Counted from the stretch's first letter, positions 25,141-34,183 are shown. The stretch: DNA of 64,000 nucleotides from Oscillospiraceae bacterium (GCA_015064785.1 SVRM01000001.1:349-64348), one strand, 5' to 3'. Numbers and translations are program-made. The notes: generated by a model not told the origin, from the sequence alone.

Positions 25141-26399
25141 GGCTGATGATCGGCGGGAGTCTCCGCTGCCTTCTTTGCGCGGTGTGCTTCGCGGCGTTCT
25201 TCCATGGCATTGACACAAACAGCGCAGGATGCATCGCCTGTGATATTGACAACAGTACGTCCCATATCGAGGATACGGTCGATGCCCGCAACGAGCGCAA
25301 TGCCCTCCAGCGGCAGACCGACACTCTGAAGCACCATGGCGAGCATAATCATACCGGAGCCGGGAACGCCCGCAGTTCCGATGGATGCCAGTGTTGCGGT
25401 CAGAATGATGGAAATCTGCTGTGCAAAGATCAGCTCAATGCCGAAGATCTGCGCGATGAAGATGGCGCAGACGCCCTGATAGATGGCAGTGCCGTCCATG
25501 TTGATCGTCGCACCGAGCGGCAGGACAAAGCTGGAAATTTCACGGCGGACACCGAGCTTGCCGGTTGCTTCCAGATTGAACGGAAGAACACCGACACTGC
25601 TGGCGCTGGAAAAGGCAAACAGCATCGAACGGCTCATTTCCCGGAAGAAGCGGATCGGACTCATGCCGCCGATGACCTTGACGGATGCGGAATACACAAT
25701 GAGTATATGCACGATATAACCGGTATACGCGACCAGCACAACCTTGAGCAGCGGGAGCAGAACCGCCGGACCGTTGGAGGCGACAACCGGTGTAATCAGC
25801 GCAAAGACACCGATGGATGACATGCCGATGATCAGATTCATGACACGGAAGGATACCTCAGCAAAGCTGTCGATGATATCGGCGGCGAGCTTCCCTTTTT
25901 CACCTGCCAGAATCACACCGAAGCCAAAGAATACGGCAATGACAATGACTTGAAGCATGGTGGCACTGACGAGCGGTGCAAATGCGTTGGACGGGAAAAT
26001 ATTGACAAGCGTATCAATGAAGCTCGGTGCTTCTGATGCCTGATAGGTCAGCTCACCGACCGGCAGAATATACCCTGCACCGACATTGAGTACGTTTGCG
26101 AAAATCAGACCGACGGTTACCGCAAGCGCGGTTGTCAGTGTATAATACACAACGGTTTTGATACCTATGGAACCGACACGGCGGATATCCTGAAGGGAGA
26201 TGATGCCCTGCATGATGGACAGCAGCACCACGGGGACGACAACCATTTTGATCAGGTTCAGATAGACAGTACCGATCGGTTTGATATAGGAAACTGCGAT
26301 ATCGGCATGGTTCTGAAGCAGCAGACCGAGTATGATACCGAGGACAAGTCCGATCGTGATCTGCCACGTCAGGGAGAGTTTCTTTGCGTTTTTGTTCAT
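25137..26399 (-). CDS. Dicarboxylate/amino acid:cation symporter (DAACS family)
   Basis: 420-aa polytopic protein. The SSASSVGVLP and GATINMDGTAIYQG blocks are typical of GltP/SstT-type carriers. Confidence 0.88.
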   Translation of the reverse strand: MNKNAKKLSLTWQITIGLVLGIILGLLLQNHADIAVSYIKPIGTVYLNLIKMVVVPVVLLSIMQGIISLQDIRRVGSIGIKTVVYYTLTTALAVTVGLIFANVLNVGAGYILPVGELTYQASEAPSFIDTLVNIFPSNAFAPLVSATMLQVIVIAVFFGFGVILAGEKGKLAADIIDSFAEVSFRVMNLIIGMSSIGVFALITPVVASNGPAVLLPLLKVVLVAYTGYIVHILIVYSASVKVIGGMSPIRFFREMSRSMLFAFSSASSVGVLPFNLEATGKLGVRREISSFVLPLGATINMDGTAIYQGVCAIFIAQIFGIELIFAQQISIILTATLASIGTAGVPGSGMIMLAMVLQSVGLPLEGIALVAGIDRILDMGRTVVNITGDASCAVCVNAMEERREAHRAKKAAETPADHQP

Positions 26400-26432
26400 A
26401 ATGGATTTCTCCTGTCAATGATGATTTTATTT

Positions 26433-26461
26433 ATTATATCACATCCGGGAGGAAATAACAA
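26433..26461 (-). promoter_or_regulatory. Candidate sigma-A promoter for the symporter/kinase/regulator operon
   Basis: On the minus strand: TTGTTA, 17 bp, TATAAT. AGGAG RBS downstream. Confidence 0.4.
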
Positions 26462-26500
26462 GACACAGTGCGAATTTTGTTGTACGCAGACGAACAAAAA

Positions 26501-26534
26501 GGGGTTGCTGCAAGTTGAAAACTTGCGGCACCCC
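26501..26534 (-). repeat. Conserved-core GC-rich hairpin, copy 2 (terminator downstream of the MATE gene)
   Basis: GGGGTTGCTGCAAGTT-GAA-AACTTGCGGCACCCC. On the minus strand it is followed by TTTTTGTTCG. Same 22-nt core as copy 1. Confidence 0.7.
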
Positions 26535-26679
26535 GGGGGCACGCAGTGACCCGAATTTCCTGTTTTTCATGTAAAAATTGCATGGAAATGCCCCTCGGAT
26601 GAGGGGCAAAGGAGAACTTCCTGACTGTATTCATGCAGTCCCTTGGGCTGAGGCACGTAAGAGCAGCTGCCCGCTGTAT

Positions 26680-28050
26680 TTAACTTTGTTTCTGTCTGAT
26701 TTCGCGCAGTACCCGCAGAATCAGTACAACACCCAATATTGCCGCCAGCAGATTCACGCCGACAAAGTTCAGCCAGATGCCGTCCAGACCAAGGTTCCAG
26801 AGTACGGCAAGCATGAGAAGCGGGAACACAAACGCGACGGAGACACTCATCAGCGTCGCAGGAATCGGTTTTTCGATGGCACTGAGGAAGCTCTGTGTGG
26901 TAACGGCAAACCAACGGAACAGGTACGCGAAACAGAACAGACGGATGGCGCGTGCCGATTCCTGCATCAGCATGACATCTTCTGCATTGGAAAACAGCGC
27001 GGCGATGACATCGGGGAAAAAGAACAGAAGCGATGTGGAAACCAAACCGACCACCGCGGTTCCGATAAATGCACACCGGACGATTTTCTTGACTCTGTCG
27101 TAATTTGCCGCGCCCCAGTTATATCCGATGGCAGGAGCCAGTGCGTCACTGATACCATACAGCAGCGGCCAGCAGAGGTCACTGGAGTACATCAGCACAG
27201 CATAGACGGCAACCGCTGTGGTTCCGCCGCCCTCACCCCAGACCCTCGCGCCGACAGTCATCAGCGAAATATTCATCAGAATGGAGGTTACTCGACCGGA
27301 TACATTGCTCAGAAACACCGGAGAGCCGCACGCCGCAATCTGACGGAACATGGCAAAGTGAAAATGCGGCTTGACAAATTGCAGCAGTGTCTTGCGCCGC
27401 AGAAACGGAATCATTGCCACAACCGAACACATGCACATAGAAAGCGATGTTGCCAACGCCGAGCCGACAACGTCCATGTCAAGACCGATTAAGAAAAAAG
27501 TCAGAAGACCGAGTGTTGCCAGATTGGAGCAGACATTGATGACCATGCTTGTTTTGACATAACCGCTGATGCGCAGATAGTTGTCCATGGCAAAGAAGAT
27601 CGATGCCAGCGGAGAGCACAGCGCACAGGTACGCAGATAGCGCATCGAGGTATCCAGCAGAACATTGTCTGCACCCATCATGCGGCACAGCGGTTCCGCC
27701 GCGCAGAACATGACACTTCCCATGAATACAGCGGCAAGAAAGATCATGATGACGGAGCAGGAGAAGACATTGTTTGCTGTTTTATTGTCTTTTTTGCCGA
27801 GTGCAATGGAAATCGGAACCGATGCACCGACGCCGATCAAATCGGCAAGCGAGAAGTTAATCATGACCAGCGGCATGGCGATGTTGACCGCGGCAAATGC
27901 ACCCTCACCGAGACGCTGTCCGATGAAGGCACCTTCAATGATGCTGTAAATGGACATGGCAAACATACTGACCATGCCGGGCAGTGCGACAATAAAAAAG
28001 AGCTTCCACGGCTCCATGGAGGCATACATTGCCTCGGTATCACGTTTCAT
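26680..28050 (-). CDS. MATE family efflux transporter
   Basis: Twelve-TM-like profile. MATE N-terminal block FFIVALPGMVSMFAMSIYSIIEGAFIGQ. Start set at ATG 28050 (MKRDTEAMY). Confidence 0.85.
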   Translation of the reverse strand: MKRDTEAMYASMEPWKLFFIVALPGMVSMFAMSIYSIIEGAFIGQRLGEGAFAAVNIAMPLVMINFSLADLIGVGASVPISIALGKKDNKTANNVFSCSVIMIFLAAVFMGSVMFCAAEPLCRMMGADNVLLDTSMRYLRTCALCSPLASIFFAMDNYLRISGYVKTSMVINVCSNLATLGLLTFFLIGLDMDVVGSALATSLSMCMCSVVAMIPFLRRKTLLQFVKPHFHFAMFRQIAACGSPVFLSNVSGRVTSILMNISLMTVGARVWGEGGGTTAVAVYAVLMYSSDLCWPLLYGISDALAPAIGYNWGAANYDRVKKIVRCAFIGTAVVGLVSTSLLFFFPDVIAALFSNAEDVMLMQESARAIRLFCFAYLFRWFAVTTQSFLSAIEKPIPATLMSVSVAFVFPLLMLAVLWNLGLDGIWLNFVGVNLLAAILGVVLILRVLREIRQKQS

Positions 28051-28234
28051 TCGGGAAATCCTCCAAAAGTTCCGACCAAGCGGATGTTTCCAAAAAAAAT
28101 GTCCGTCACCGGACGCCTCTATTATACAGCACAATAACGAAAATGACAATACTTATAACCGTTTTCTCCATTAAGAATCGGTAAAGTATACGCTTTTCCG
28201 ACGGTCGATCCCCTGCTCTGCGTACAATGCAGAA

Positions 28235-28271
28235 GAAAAAAGCACCGCCGCAGGCACAGACCCGCAGCGGT
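28235..28271 (-). terminator. Intrinsic terminator after the SGNH hydrolase gene
   Basis: On the minus strand: ACCGCTGCGGG...CCTGCGGCGGT stem (two G:U pairs) followed by GCTTTTTTC. Confidence 0.55.
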
Positions 28272-28280
28272 AAAACTTGA

Positions 28281-28895
28281 TCACGTCAGAATTTTTTCAC
28301 GGAACAGTGCAAGCCAACGGTCTGCAATCAGCTGGTGACCGGCGGCCGTCGGATGGACACCGTCTCGAAGCCAATAAGACGCATCGGCGACAGCACATGC
28401 CGCGTTAAACTCGTTTTGCAGCGGCAGATACAGTCCGCCGACTTCTCCTGCAACCTGCTCGACAGCCTTGCCGCGCAGTGCCGTTTCGTCACGGAAATAG
28501 TCCCAGTTTTCGGCGACTACACCGGTGTTCAGTGTAAACGGCTCCATGAAAATCATGCGGATGGAAGGAAAGCGCACCATCGTGTCGTCGGCAAGCATCT
28601 TCAAAACCGTGTAGAAGCGATCTGCCTCGACACCGTTCTGGCCACCGATCTCATGCCAAACATCGTTGATGCCGATCAGGATGCTGAATACATCGGGGTT
28701 GTGGTTCCAGCCGTCCTTTTTGATGCGTGCATAGACATCGACTACGCGGTTGCCGCTGATACCGAAGTTCAGAAACTCATGCTGCCCCGGCATATCCAGT
28801 CCGAGTCTTGCGCTGATGAGCAGCGGATAACCCTGCCCGAGACCGTTTCCTCTGCCGCAGTCGGTGATGGAATCGCCTTGAAATAGAATTCTCAT
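28281..28895 (-). CDS. SGNH/GDSL hydrolase family esterase
   Basis: 204 aa. Block I ILFQGDSITD, block III GINDVW, and a C-terminal DGVHPT (Asp/His). Confidence 0.85.
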   Translation of the reverse strand: MRILFQGDSITDCGRGNGLGQGYPLLISARLGLDMPGQHEFLNFGISGNRVVDVYARIKKDGWNHNPDVFSILIGINDVWHEIGGQNGVEADRFYTVLKMLADDTMVRFPSIRMIFMEPFTLNTGVVAENWDYFRDETALRGKAVEQVAGEVGGLYLPLQNEFNAACAVADASYWLRDGVHPTAAGHQLIADRWLALFREKILT

Positions 28896-28982
28896 TGTTG
28901 TTCTCCTTTGGAGTCTTTTTTCTTGATTATACCACAGAACCGAATGAAAAGCAACAGAAAATCATAATTCCTTTCCAAAGCA

Positions 28983-29011
28983 TTGCATTTTCCGGTTGAC
29001 TGTGTTATAAT
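28983..29011 (+). promoter_or_regulatory. Candidate sigma-A promoter for the GH43 gene
   Basis: TTGCAT, 17 bp, TATAAT with TGt extended -10. Confidence 0.45.
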
Positions 29012-29047
29012 GAATCCGAAAAACATATCATCTGACGGAGGTACCAT

Positions 29048-29965
29048 ATGAAGCTGACATTCCATGGTTGTGACCGCACCCAGCCCGATCCGTATATCTT
29101 TGAGGACAACGGCACCTTTTACATCTACGTTACCGCAGGCGCCGGTGTCGAGGTATATGAAAGCAAAACCCTGACCGGAGAATGGCAATTCCGCGGAATT
29201 GCAGCATCGTTTGACGGCGGACACAATTACTGGGCACCATCGGTCATCCGGCTTGACGGTATCTATTATATGTATGTCTCCTGCGAAAGAAACGGCAATT
29301 TCCAGTTCCTCCATGCGGCAAAGTCCGGCTCCCCATTGGGCCCGTTTACAGACGAGGTCTGTCTGTACGATCATTTTTCAATCGATTCCCATATGGTGAA
29401 AACCGCCGCCGGACTGTTTCTGTGGTACGCAAAGGATAACATCGACTGTGAACGCATCGGTACACGCATCTTTGTCGACCGCTTCCTTGATCCGTACACC
29501 CCTGCGCGCAGCCCGCGCGAGGTGCTCCTTCCCGACTTTGACGAAGAAAAATTCACACCGAAGTGTCACGGGGACGATAACTGGTACACCATCGAGGGTC
29601 CGTTCTGGTTCCGGGAGGGTGCGTGGCAGTATCTGATGTACAGTGCCGGCTGTTTTGAGGACGACACCTATCACATTGGCTATGCCGTTGCTAAGACTGA
29701 TGAAGAAGACCTGACGAAGGTTGATTTTGTCAAGGTGACAGACAACGGTGCATTTGCGCCGCTGATGATCAAAAATGACTTTGAGGAAGGCACCGGGCAT
29801 CACAGTGTTATCAAGCACGACGGCGAATATTATGCCATCTATCACGGACGCGATTACCGTGACAGCTCCCAGGAGGGCTATAGCGAACGCCGCACCGCGC
29901 GTATCTGCCGCCTGCATGTAAAAGACGGCGTCATCACGGCAGAACGGTACGAAACCCATCTGTAA
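29048..29965 (+). CDS. Glycoside hydrolase family 43-like protein
   Basis: 305 aa. DPYIFEDNGTFYIY, YWAPSVIRLDGIYYMYVS and IEGPFWF are typical GH43 propeller blocks. Confidence 0.8.
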   Translation: MKLTFHGCDRTQPDPYIFEDNGTFYIYVTAGAGVEVYESKTLTGEWQFRGIAASFDGGHNYWAPSVIRLDGIYYMYVSCERNGNFQFLHAAKSGSPLGPFTDEVCLYDHFSIDSHMVKTAAGLFLWYAKDNIDCERIGTRIFVDRFLDPYTPARSPREVLLPDFDEEKFTPKCHGDDNWYTIEGPFWFREGAWQYLMYSAGCFEDDTYHIGYAVAKTDEEDLTKVDFVKVTDNGAFAPLMIKNDFEEGTGHHSVIKHDGEYYAIYHGRDYRDSSQEGYSERRTARICRLHVKDGVITAERYETHL

Positions 29966-30018
29966 CCGATGCTGCCGAGACGCATGTGACACATGTTTAC
30001 AATGTATACAACGCAATC

Positions 30019-30053
30019 GGGGTTGTCGCAGGTTTTCAACTTGCAACAACCCC
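30019..30053. repeat. Conserved-core GC-rich hairpin, copy 3 (inverted orientation; between convergent genes)
   Basis: GGGGTTGTCGCAGGTT-TTC-AACTTGCAACAACCCC. Its reverse complement carries TGCAAGTTGAAAACCTGCGACA, one or two changes from copies 1 and 2. Confidence 0.65.
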
Positions 30054-30061
30054 AAGAATTT

Positions 30062-31342
30062 TTATAAGAGATACTGCTGGATTTTTTCTGCCGGGATATC
30101 GCGCAGACGGACGTTTTCCTTTGCCGCAATAGCCGCCGCGACACCGCCAGCCTCACCGATGCCGACACAGATCGGCATGACACGGTAATTAGAATGCGCC
30201 ATGTGCGTACCGCTGATGTTGCGTCCGGACAGAAGCAGTCCTTCCACGCCGAGGGGAACGAGACAGCCCCACGGAATGGTGTAGCCCTTGCTCTGGCTCC
30301 ATTTGTGCTGAACACCGGTTTTGTCAAGACCGGCTCCCGTCAGATTGTGTACGTCAAAGTTGAAATGCGCACCGCGCACGACCCAGTCATCAAACACACG
30401 TGCCGTGAGAATATCTTCCTCGTTGAGCACATATTCTCCGCTGAAGTGTCTGGTCTCACGCACACCCATCATTGAGCCTGCACTGATGACATAGCAATGC
30501 TCAAAGCCGGGAACAAATTCGCGCAGATAGGCAACGATTGCGGGAATCTGCGAACGGCAGACGATCTCCGCGCGGGTCAGGTCTTCCGCCTTTGTGCCGT
30601 CGATTTCGGTACAGTTGGTCATATTGCAGGTGATGATGCCGGGAAGCGTTGTGGGATAAACCAGAAGATGACCTGCGGGATACGGAATGTGCGCTTTTGC
30701 CAGTGCCTGCAATTCTCCTTTTTCGGTCTGATGCGTCGATTCAAACGAACCGAGCAGAACCGCCCTGTCCGTGTCCACGCCTGCGACCTTGAACATCAGC
30801 GTAGCCGGCTGCATCTTGCCGTCGGATTCCCTGCCCTTGTAGTATGGAACGCCGGCAAATGCCGCGGCATCACCGTCACCCGTGCCGTCGACGACAACCC
30901 TGGAGGTGAACACGCGCCGACCGGACTTGCTCTCAGTGATAACACCGGTGACGCGGTTTCCGTCCATCACAACACCGGCGACAAACGTATACAAAAGCAG
31001 CGTCACACCCGCTTCGGCAAGCATGTCAAAATAGACTGCTTTGAGCAGCTCCGGATCAATCTGACGGACAATTTTTCCATGTCCGGCACCCTCGACCTTT
31101 TCCGCCTGTCTTGTCAGAATTTCGGTATAGAGCTTTGACTGCACCGTTCCGGTCCAGTGGCTCATCAGACCGGAGGTCGAAATACCGCCGGGGCAGTTGT
31201 TGTATTCGAGCAGAAGGGTCTTTGCGCCCATTCTCGCCGCCATGACCGCCGCCGAAACACCGGCAGGTCCGGCACCGGCGACAATGACATCGTATTCGCC
31301 TGCAACGGGCAGGTCTCTTGCCTGTTCATGATATACCGTCAT
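30062..31342 (-). CDS. FAD-dependent oxidoreductase (FAD_oxidored/GIDA-like family)
   Basis: 426 aa. N-terminal dinucleotide fold YDVIVAGAGPAGVSAAVMAARMGAKTLLLE. Confidence 0.8.
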   Translation of the reverse strand: MTVYHEQARDLPVAGEYDVIVAGAGPAGVSAAVMAARMGAKTLLLEYNNCPGGISTSGLMSHWTGTVQSKLYTEILTRQAEKVEGAGHGKIVRQIDPELLKAVYFDMLAEAGVTLLLYTFVAGVVMDGNRVTGVITESKSGRRVFTSRVVVDGTGDGDAAAFAGVPYYKGRESDGKMQPATLMFKVAGVDTDRAVLLGSFESTHQTEKGELQALAKAHIPYPAGHLLVYPTTLPGIITCNMTNCTEIDGTKAEDLTRAEIVCRSQIPAIVAYLREFVPGFEHCYVISAGSMMGVRETRHFSGEYVLNEEDILTARVFDDWVVRGAHFNFDVHNLTGAGLDKTGVQHKWSQSKGYTIPWGCLVPLGVEGLLLSGRNISGTHMAHSNYRVMPICVGIGEAGGVAAAIAAKENVRLRDIPAEKIQQYLL

Positions 31343-31394
31343 ACATCAATTCTCCTCTTTTCCATGCGGAACCGGGTTCCGCGATTCTGCTATT

Positions 31395-31423
31395 ATTTTA
31401 TACCAGAATCCGCAAAATGTCAA
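31395..31423 (-). promoter_or_regulatory. Candidate sigma-A promoter for the FAD oxidoreductase gene
   Basis: On the minus strand: TTGACA, 17 bp, TAAAAT. Confidence 0.4.
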
Positions 31424-31449
31424 GACTCCCTCCGGTATCGGAAGAGAAT

Positions 31450-32715
31450 TTATGCCTCCGGATCCGTCATCGTACCGATGAAGAACGGCACACCACGCGC
31501 ACAGTCGATGAGCATGTAGAGAAACGGGCGGTCAAGATACACCTGCTTGGGTTCTTCAATCAATGCGGCGCATCCGTCGCTCATTTCAATGACCGTCGCC
31601 GCACCCGCTTTGGTTCCGCGCGCATCCACGCATAAAAACGTTTTGTGCAGAACACGGCTGATAAAGAGATTGCCGTCAGTCGAGTGTCCGAGTCGCGAGA
31701 AATCGGATACCGCGCTGTCAAATGCATCGGGCATTCCCATTGCACACAGAATTTCACTCATCTCCGCGTTGTATTCCGTTTCAAACTGCGGAATTGCGGT
31801 ATAAACTGTGGCGGTCATCGGGTTTTTCAGCATTTCATACAGCCTCTCACCGTCCAGCGATGCCGCATATTCTGACAGGGTAATACCTTCTTTGGGCAGA
31901 AGTGCGGCAAAAGCGTATCTGCCGCCGCGGTAGGTTTTGATAAAGCCTGTCGCATATGCATCCTCAAGATACCGGCTTTCCTCTCCGTACATCATATCGA
32001 CATCTCTGCTCTCACCTGATTCCGTGGTAAATATGCCTTCCCTGACCTGCGGCTTGCGGTAGATATCCTGCCATTCGGCATCAAAGGCAAGCGCATTGAC
32101 CAGATACATCACCGCGTCTGCCGGAATTTCATCCAGAATTTCGCGGATCATACCGTCGGTTTTGTCCTTTACCCAGCGATTGATCTCACGACAGGCTGCC
32201 GCATCCAAGGGGGCTTGGTAGATGTCGGCACCGTACAGGTCGGCGTTGGTCTGAAGAAATTCCGGGCTGACGGTAAAGCGGGCATCATCAGTAAACCAGA
32301 TCGCATTGGCAAGGTGCATTTTGCAGGCTTCCTCGTTGGACTGCGAGGTCAGATATCCGTGCATCCATTCATTGAGATGGGATATCGGCATCCCGAGTAC
32401 CTGCTCCATCTGTGCAAGGGTTTCTCCTGCCGCGCCGTTTGCGGTCATCGAAAGTGCAGATGCCACCGACAGCGGTGAGATCAGTGTGTTTCTGCCGTCT
32501 TCCATGCACGCACGGAGCAGACGCACTGCAAAGTCCGTCATCGCGGGGTCACCAAGTTCAGCAGCTGCGGTGCTGTCAGAGGATACCGGGTTTGCCGTGA
32601 TGCCGCGCATCAGATCATCCGAAACCGGTGCGCCGCAGGAGCAGAAGGTCAGCACGGTCAGTGCCGCCGCCAGAAAAACTGTAATCATCCGTTTCATAAA
32701 CTTCCTCACAATCAT
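31450..32715 (-). CDS. Serpin (serine protease inhibitor family), secreted lipoprotein
   Basis: 421 aa. Signal peptide plus lipobox (LTFCSCG). Serpin blocks ISPLSVASALSMTANGAAGETLAQMEQVLG, hinge GTKAGAATV and C-terminal DRPFLYMLID. Start at 32715 (TAATG overlap with the upstream stop) or ATG 32697. Confidence 0.9.
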   Translation of the reverse strand: MIVRKFMKRMITVFLAAALTVLTFCSCGAPVSDDLMRGITANPVSSDSTAAAELGDPAMTDFAVRLLRACMEDGRNTLISPLSVASALSMTANGAAGETLAQMEQVLGMPISHLNEWMHGYLTSQSNEEACKMHLANAIWFTDDARFTVSPEFLQTNADLYGADIYQAPLDAAACREINRWVKDKTDGMIREILDEIPADAVMYLVNALAFDAEWQDIYRKPQVREGIFTTESGESRDVDMMYGEESRYLEDAYATGFIKTYRGGRYAFAALLPKEGITLSEYAASLDGERLYEMLKNPMTATVYTAIPQFETEYNAEMSEILCAMGMPDAFDSAVSDFSRLGHSTDGNLFISRVLHKTFLCVDARGTKAGAATVIEMSDGCAALIEEPKQVYLDRPFLYMLIDCARGVPFFIGTMTDPEA

Positions 32716-33530
32716 TAATCATATAAAAATTCGTAATCGGGCAGAGCCTGCCATGCATCTGTCGCGGTCAGGAGATCGGTGATGTCCCGGCAGGCAGAGA
32801 GGAACGCCTGTCCTTTTTTGTTGGATGCTTCATAGATCAGTGCAATATTCTTGCAGGTGACTGTCCTGCTTTGACCGCCGGCGCGCACCGTCAGTACAAG
32901 CGTCATCGCCGGGCTGGTTGCCAGTGTCGGATCGGGATGATATTCGGCAGGATAACGGTTGATATCGAGTGTGCGGAGCATGTCGTATATGTTCTCTGTC
33001 TCCTCCGGGGACAGAACATATTCTGTCACATAGTCCTCCGGATGCGTCGCATCGCTTGTTTTGATCAGGACACCCGACTTGCTGTCGTAGGAGCTGATTC
33101 CCCAACACCCCCAGCGCAGAAAGAAGGAAAAATCCTCCGGCACGGTTTCGGGCAGATCCAGCTGCGTCGGCGGAATCCACCCAAGCTCCGCAAGCTGTGG
33201 CTGTACCTGCAGCGGAATGTCATCAAGCCCGCCGCGGGATAGACGGATAACGGCATATGCTCCGGTTTGTGCCGGATAGGTTGTGGCAATGCGGTCATGC
33301 AGGACGAGTATTTGATCCCCGTCCGCAATGTCGGAAAACAGCGCACCGTAGTGCAGTCTGTCCTCCATCACAATCGGTGTTGTGCCGTCAATGAGCAGAA
33401 ACTGCCCGTTTGCCGTCATGCACCGGCCGACGGTGATGCTGTATCCGTTTGCCGCCATCAAAACAGCGGCAAGTGCGCAAAGGACAGCAAGCGCGATGGC
33501 AGCGATCAGAAAGATCCAGCGCTTTTTCAA
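32715..33530 (-). CDS. N-terminally membrane-anchored protein of unknown function
   Basis: 271 aa. TTG start behind GGAGGG. One hydrophobic helix (WIFLIAAIALAVLCALAAVLMAA). I recognise no motif in the ectodomain. Confidence 0.7.
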   Translation of the reverse strand: MKKRWIFLIAAIALAVLCALAAVLMAANGYSITVGRCMTANGQFLLIDGTTPIVMEDRLHYGALFSDIADGDQILVLHDRIATTYPAQTGAYAVIRLSRGGLDDIPLQVQPQLAELGWIPPTQLDLPETVPEDFSFFLRWGCWGISSYDSKSGVLIKTSDATHPEDYVTEYVLSPEETENIYDMLRTLDINRYPAEYHPDPTLATSPAMTLVLTVRAGGQSRTVTCKNIALIYEASNKKGQAFLSACRDITDLLTATDAWQALPDYEFLYD

Positions 33531-33544
33531 AGTGTATCCCTCCT

Positions 33545-34183
33545 TTAATCCGAATCGAGAAGGCTTGCAATCGCCTTGATTTCCTCCTCTGTCAGCGTCA
33601 CGGACACACCGGTTTCCATATCAAGCAGGCAGTTGCCAGAAACATGGTAAACATGCGGATTGTCCGCCGCATCGAGGAAGGTGATGTCAAAGATGCCGTC
33701 CCCGACGCTGCCGTACCGGTCGTCCGTCAGATGGCCATAGTCTTCCGTGACCGGTTTGGTCTCCGCAGGCGTACCCTCACCGGTCGATTTGTCCACTGCC
33801 GCTTCATCCCGCGTGGTGCTGTCTGCGTCCCCGTCTTCCGTGAATGCGGTCTGCAGAAGTGCATACACCGCCGCAATCTGCTCGCTGTCCTGAATGACAG
33901 CCGTACCGGTATCCCTTCTCACGGACATGCTGACATACGGTGGAATTGCCTCCTGATTTTCGCATTCCGGCGCGGCATCCTCCAGAGCGGCACTGTCGGA
34001 GCCGACAACACGGCTGACACGCCACACCCCGCCGACCAGCAGAAGCAGACATGCGGCAATGGCACCCCAGCGCGTCCAATGTGTGCGCGGTGCCGATGTT
34101 TTCTGCATCCGCAGACCATTGACCGCTTCCAGCAGATCGTCGTCTATGTATTCCATTGCATCAAAAATCAGATCGGTTGTCAC
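33545..34183 (-). CDS. Single-pass membrane protein translationally coupled to the sigma factor (putative anti-sigma factor)
   Basis: 212 aa. GTG start in a GTGA overlap with the sigma stop. About 38 cytoplasmic residues, then TM helix WGAIAACLLLLVGGVW, then an acidic ectodomain. The N-terminal module is homologous to that of the ORF at 63087. Confidence 0.7.
   Translation of the reverse strand: MTTDLIFDAMEYIDDDLLEAVNGLRMQKTSAPRTHWTRWGAIAACLLLLVGGVWRVSRVVGSDSAALEDAAPECENQEAIPPYVSMSVRRDTGTAVIQDSEQIAAVYALLQTAFTEDGDADSTTRDEAAVDKSTGEGTPAETKPVTEDYGHLTDDRYGSVGDGIFDITFLDAADNPHVYHVSGNCLLDMETGVSVTLTEEEIKAIASLLDSD

Noticed and set aside
26434-26634. Recurring peptide GLLQVENLR / SFQLAA in small ORFs at 359..955, 26307..26549, 26434..26634 and 29378..30055
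   Set aside because: The recurrence is produced by translating the conserved hairpin repeat. The ORFs otherwise overlap real genes or intergenic DNA and are not coding.
31366-31382. Hairpin GCGGAACC-G-GGTTCCGC between the serpin operon and the FAD oxidoreductase gene
   Set aside because: Its loop is very short and it has no U-tract on the minus strand, so I cannot support it as the serpin-operon terminator. It may still be a protein-binding palindrome.
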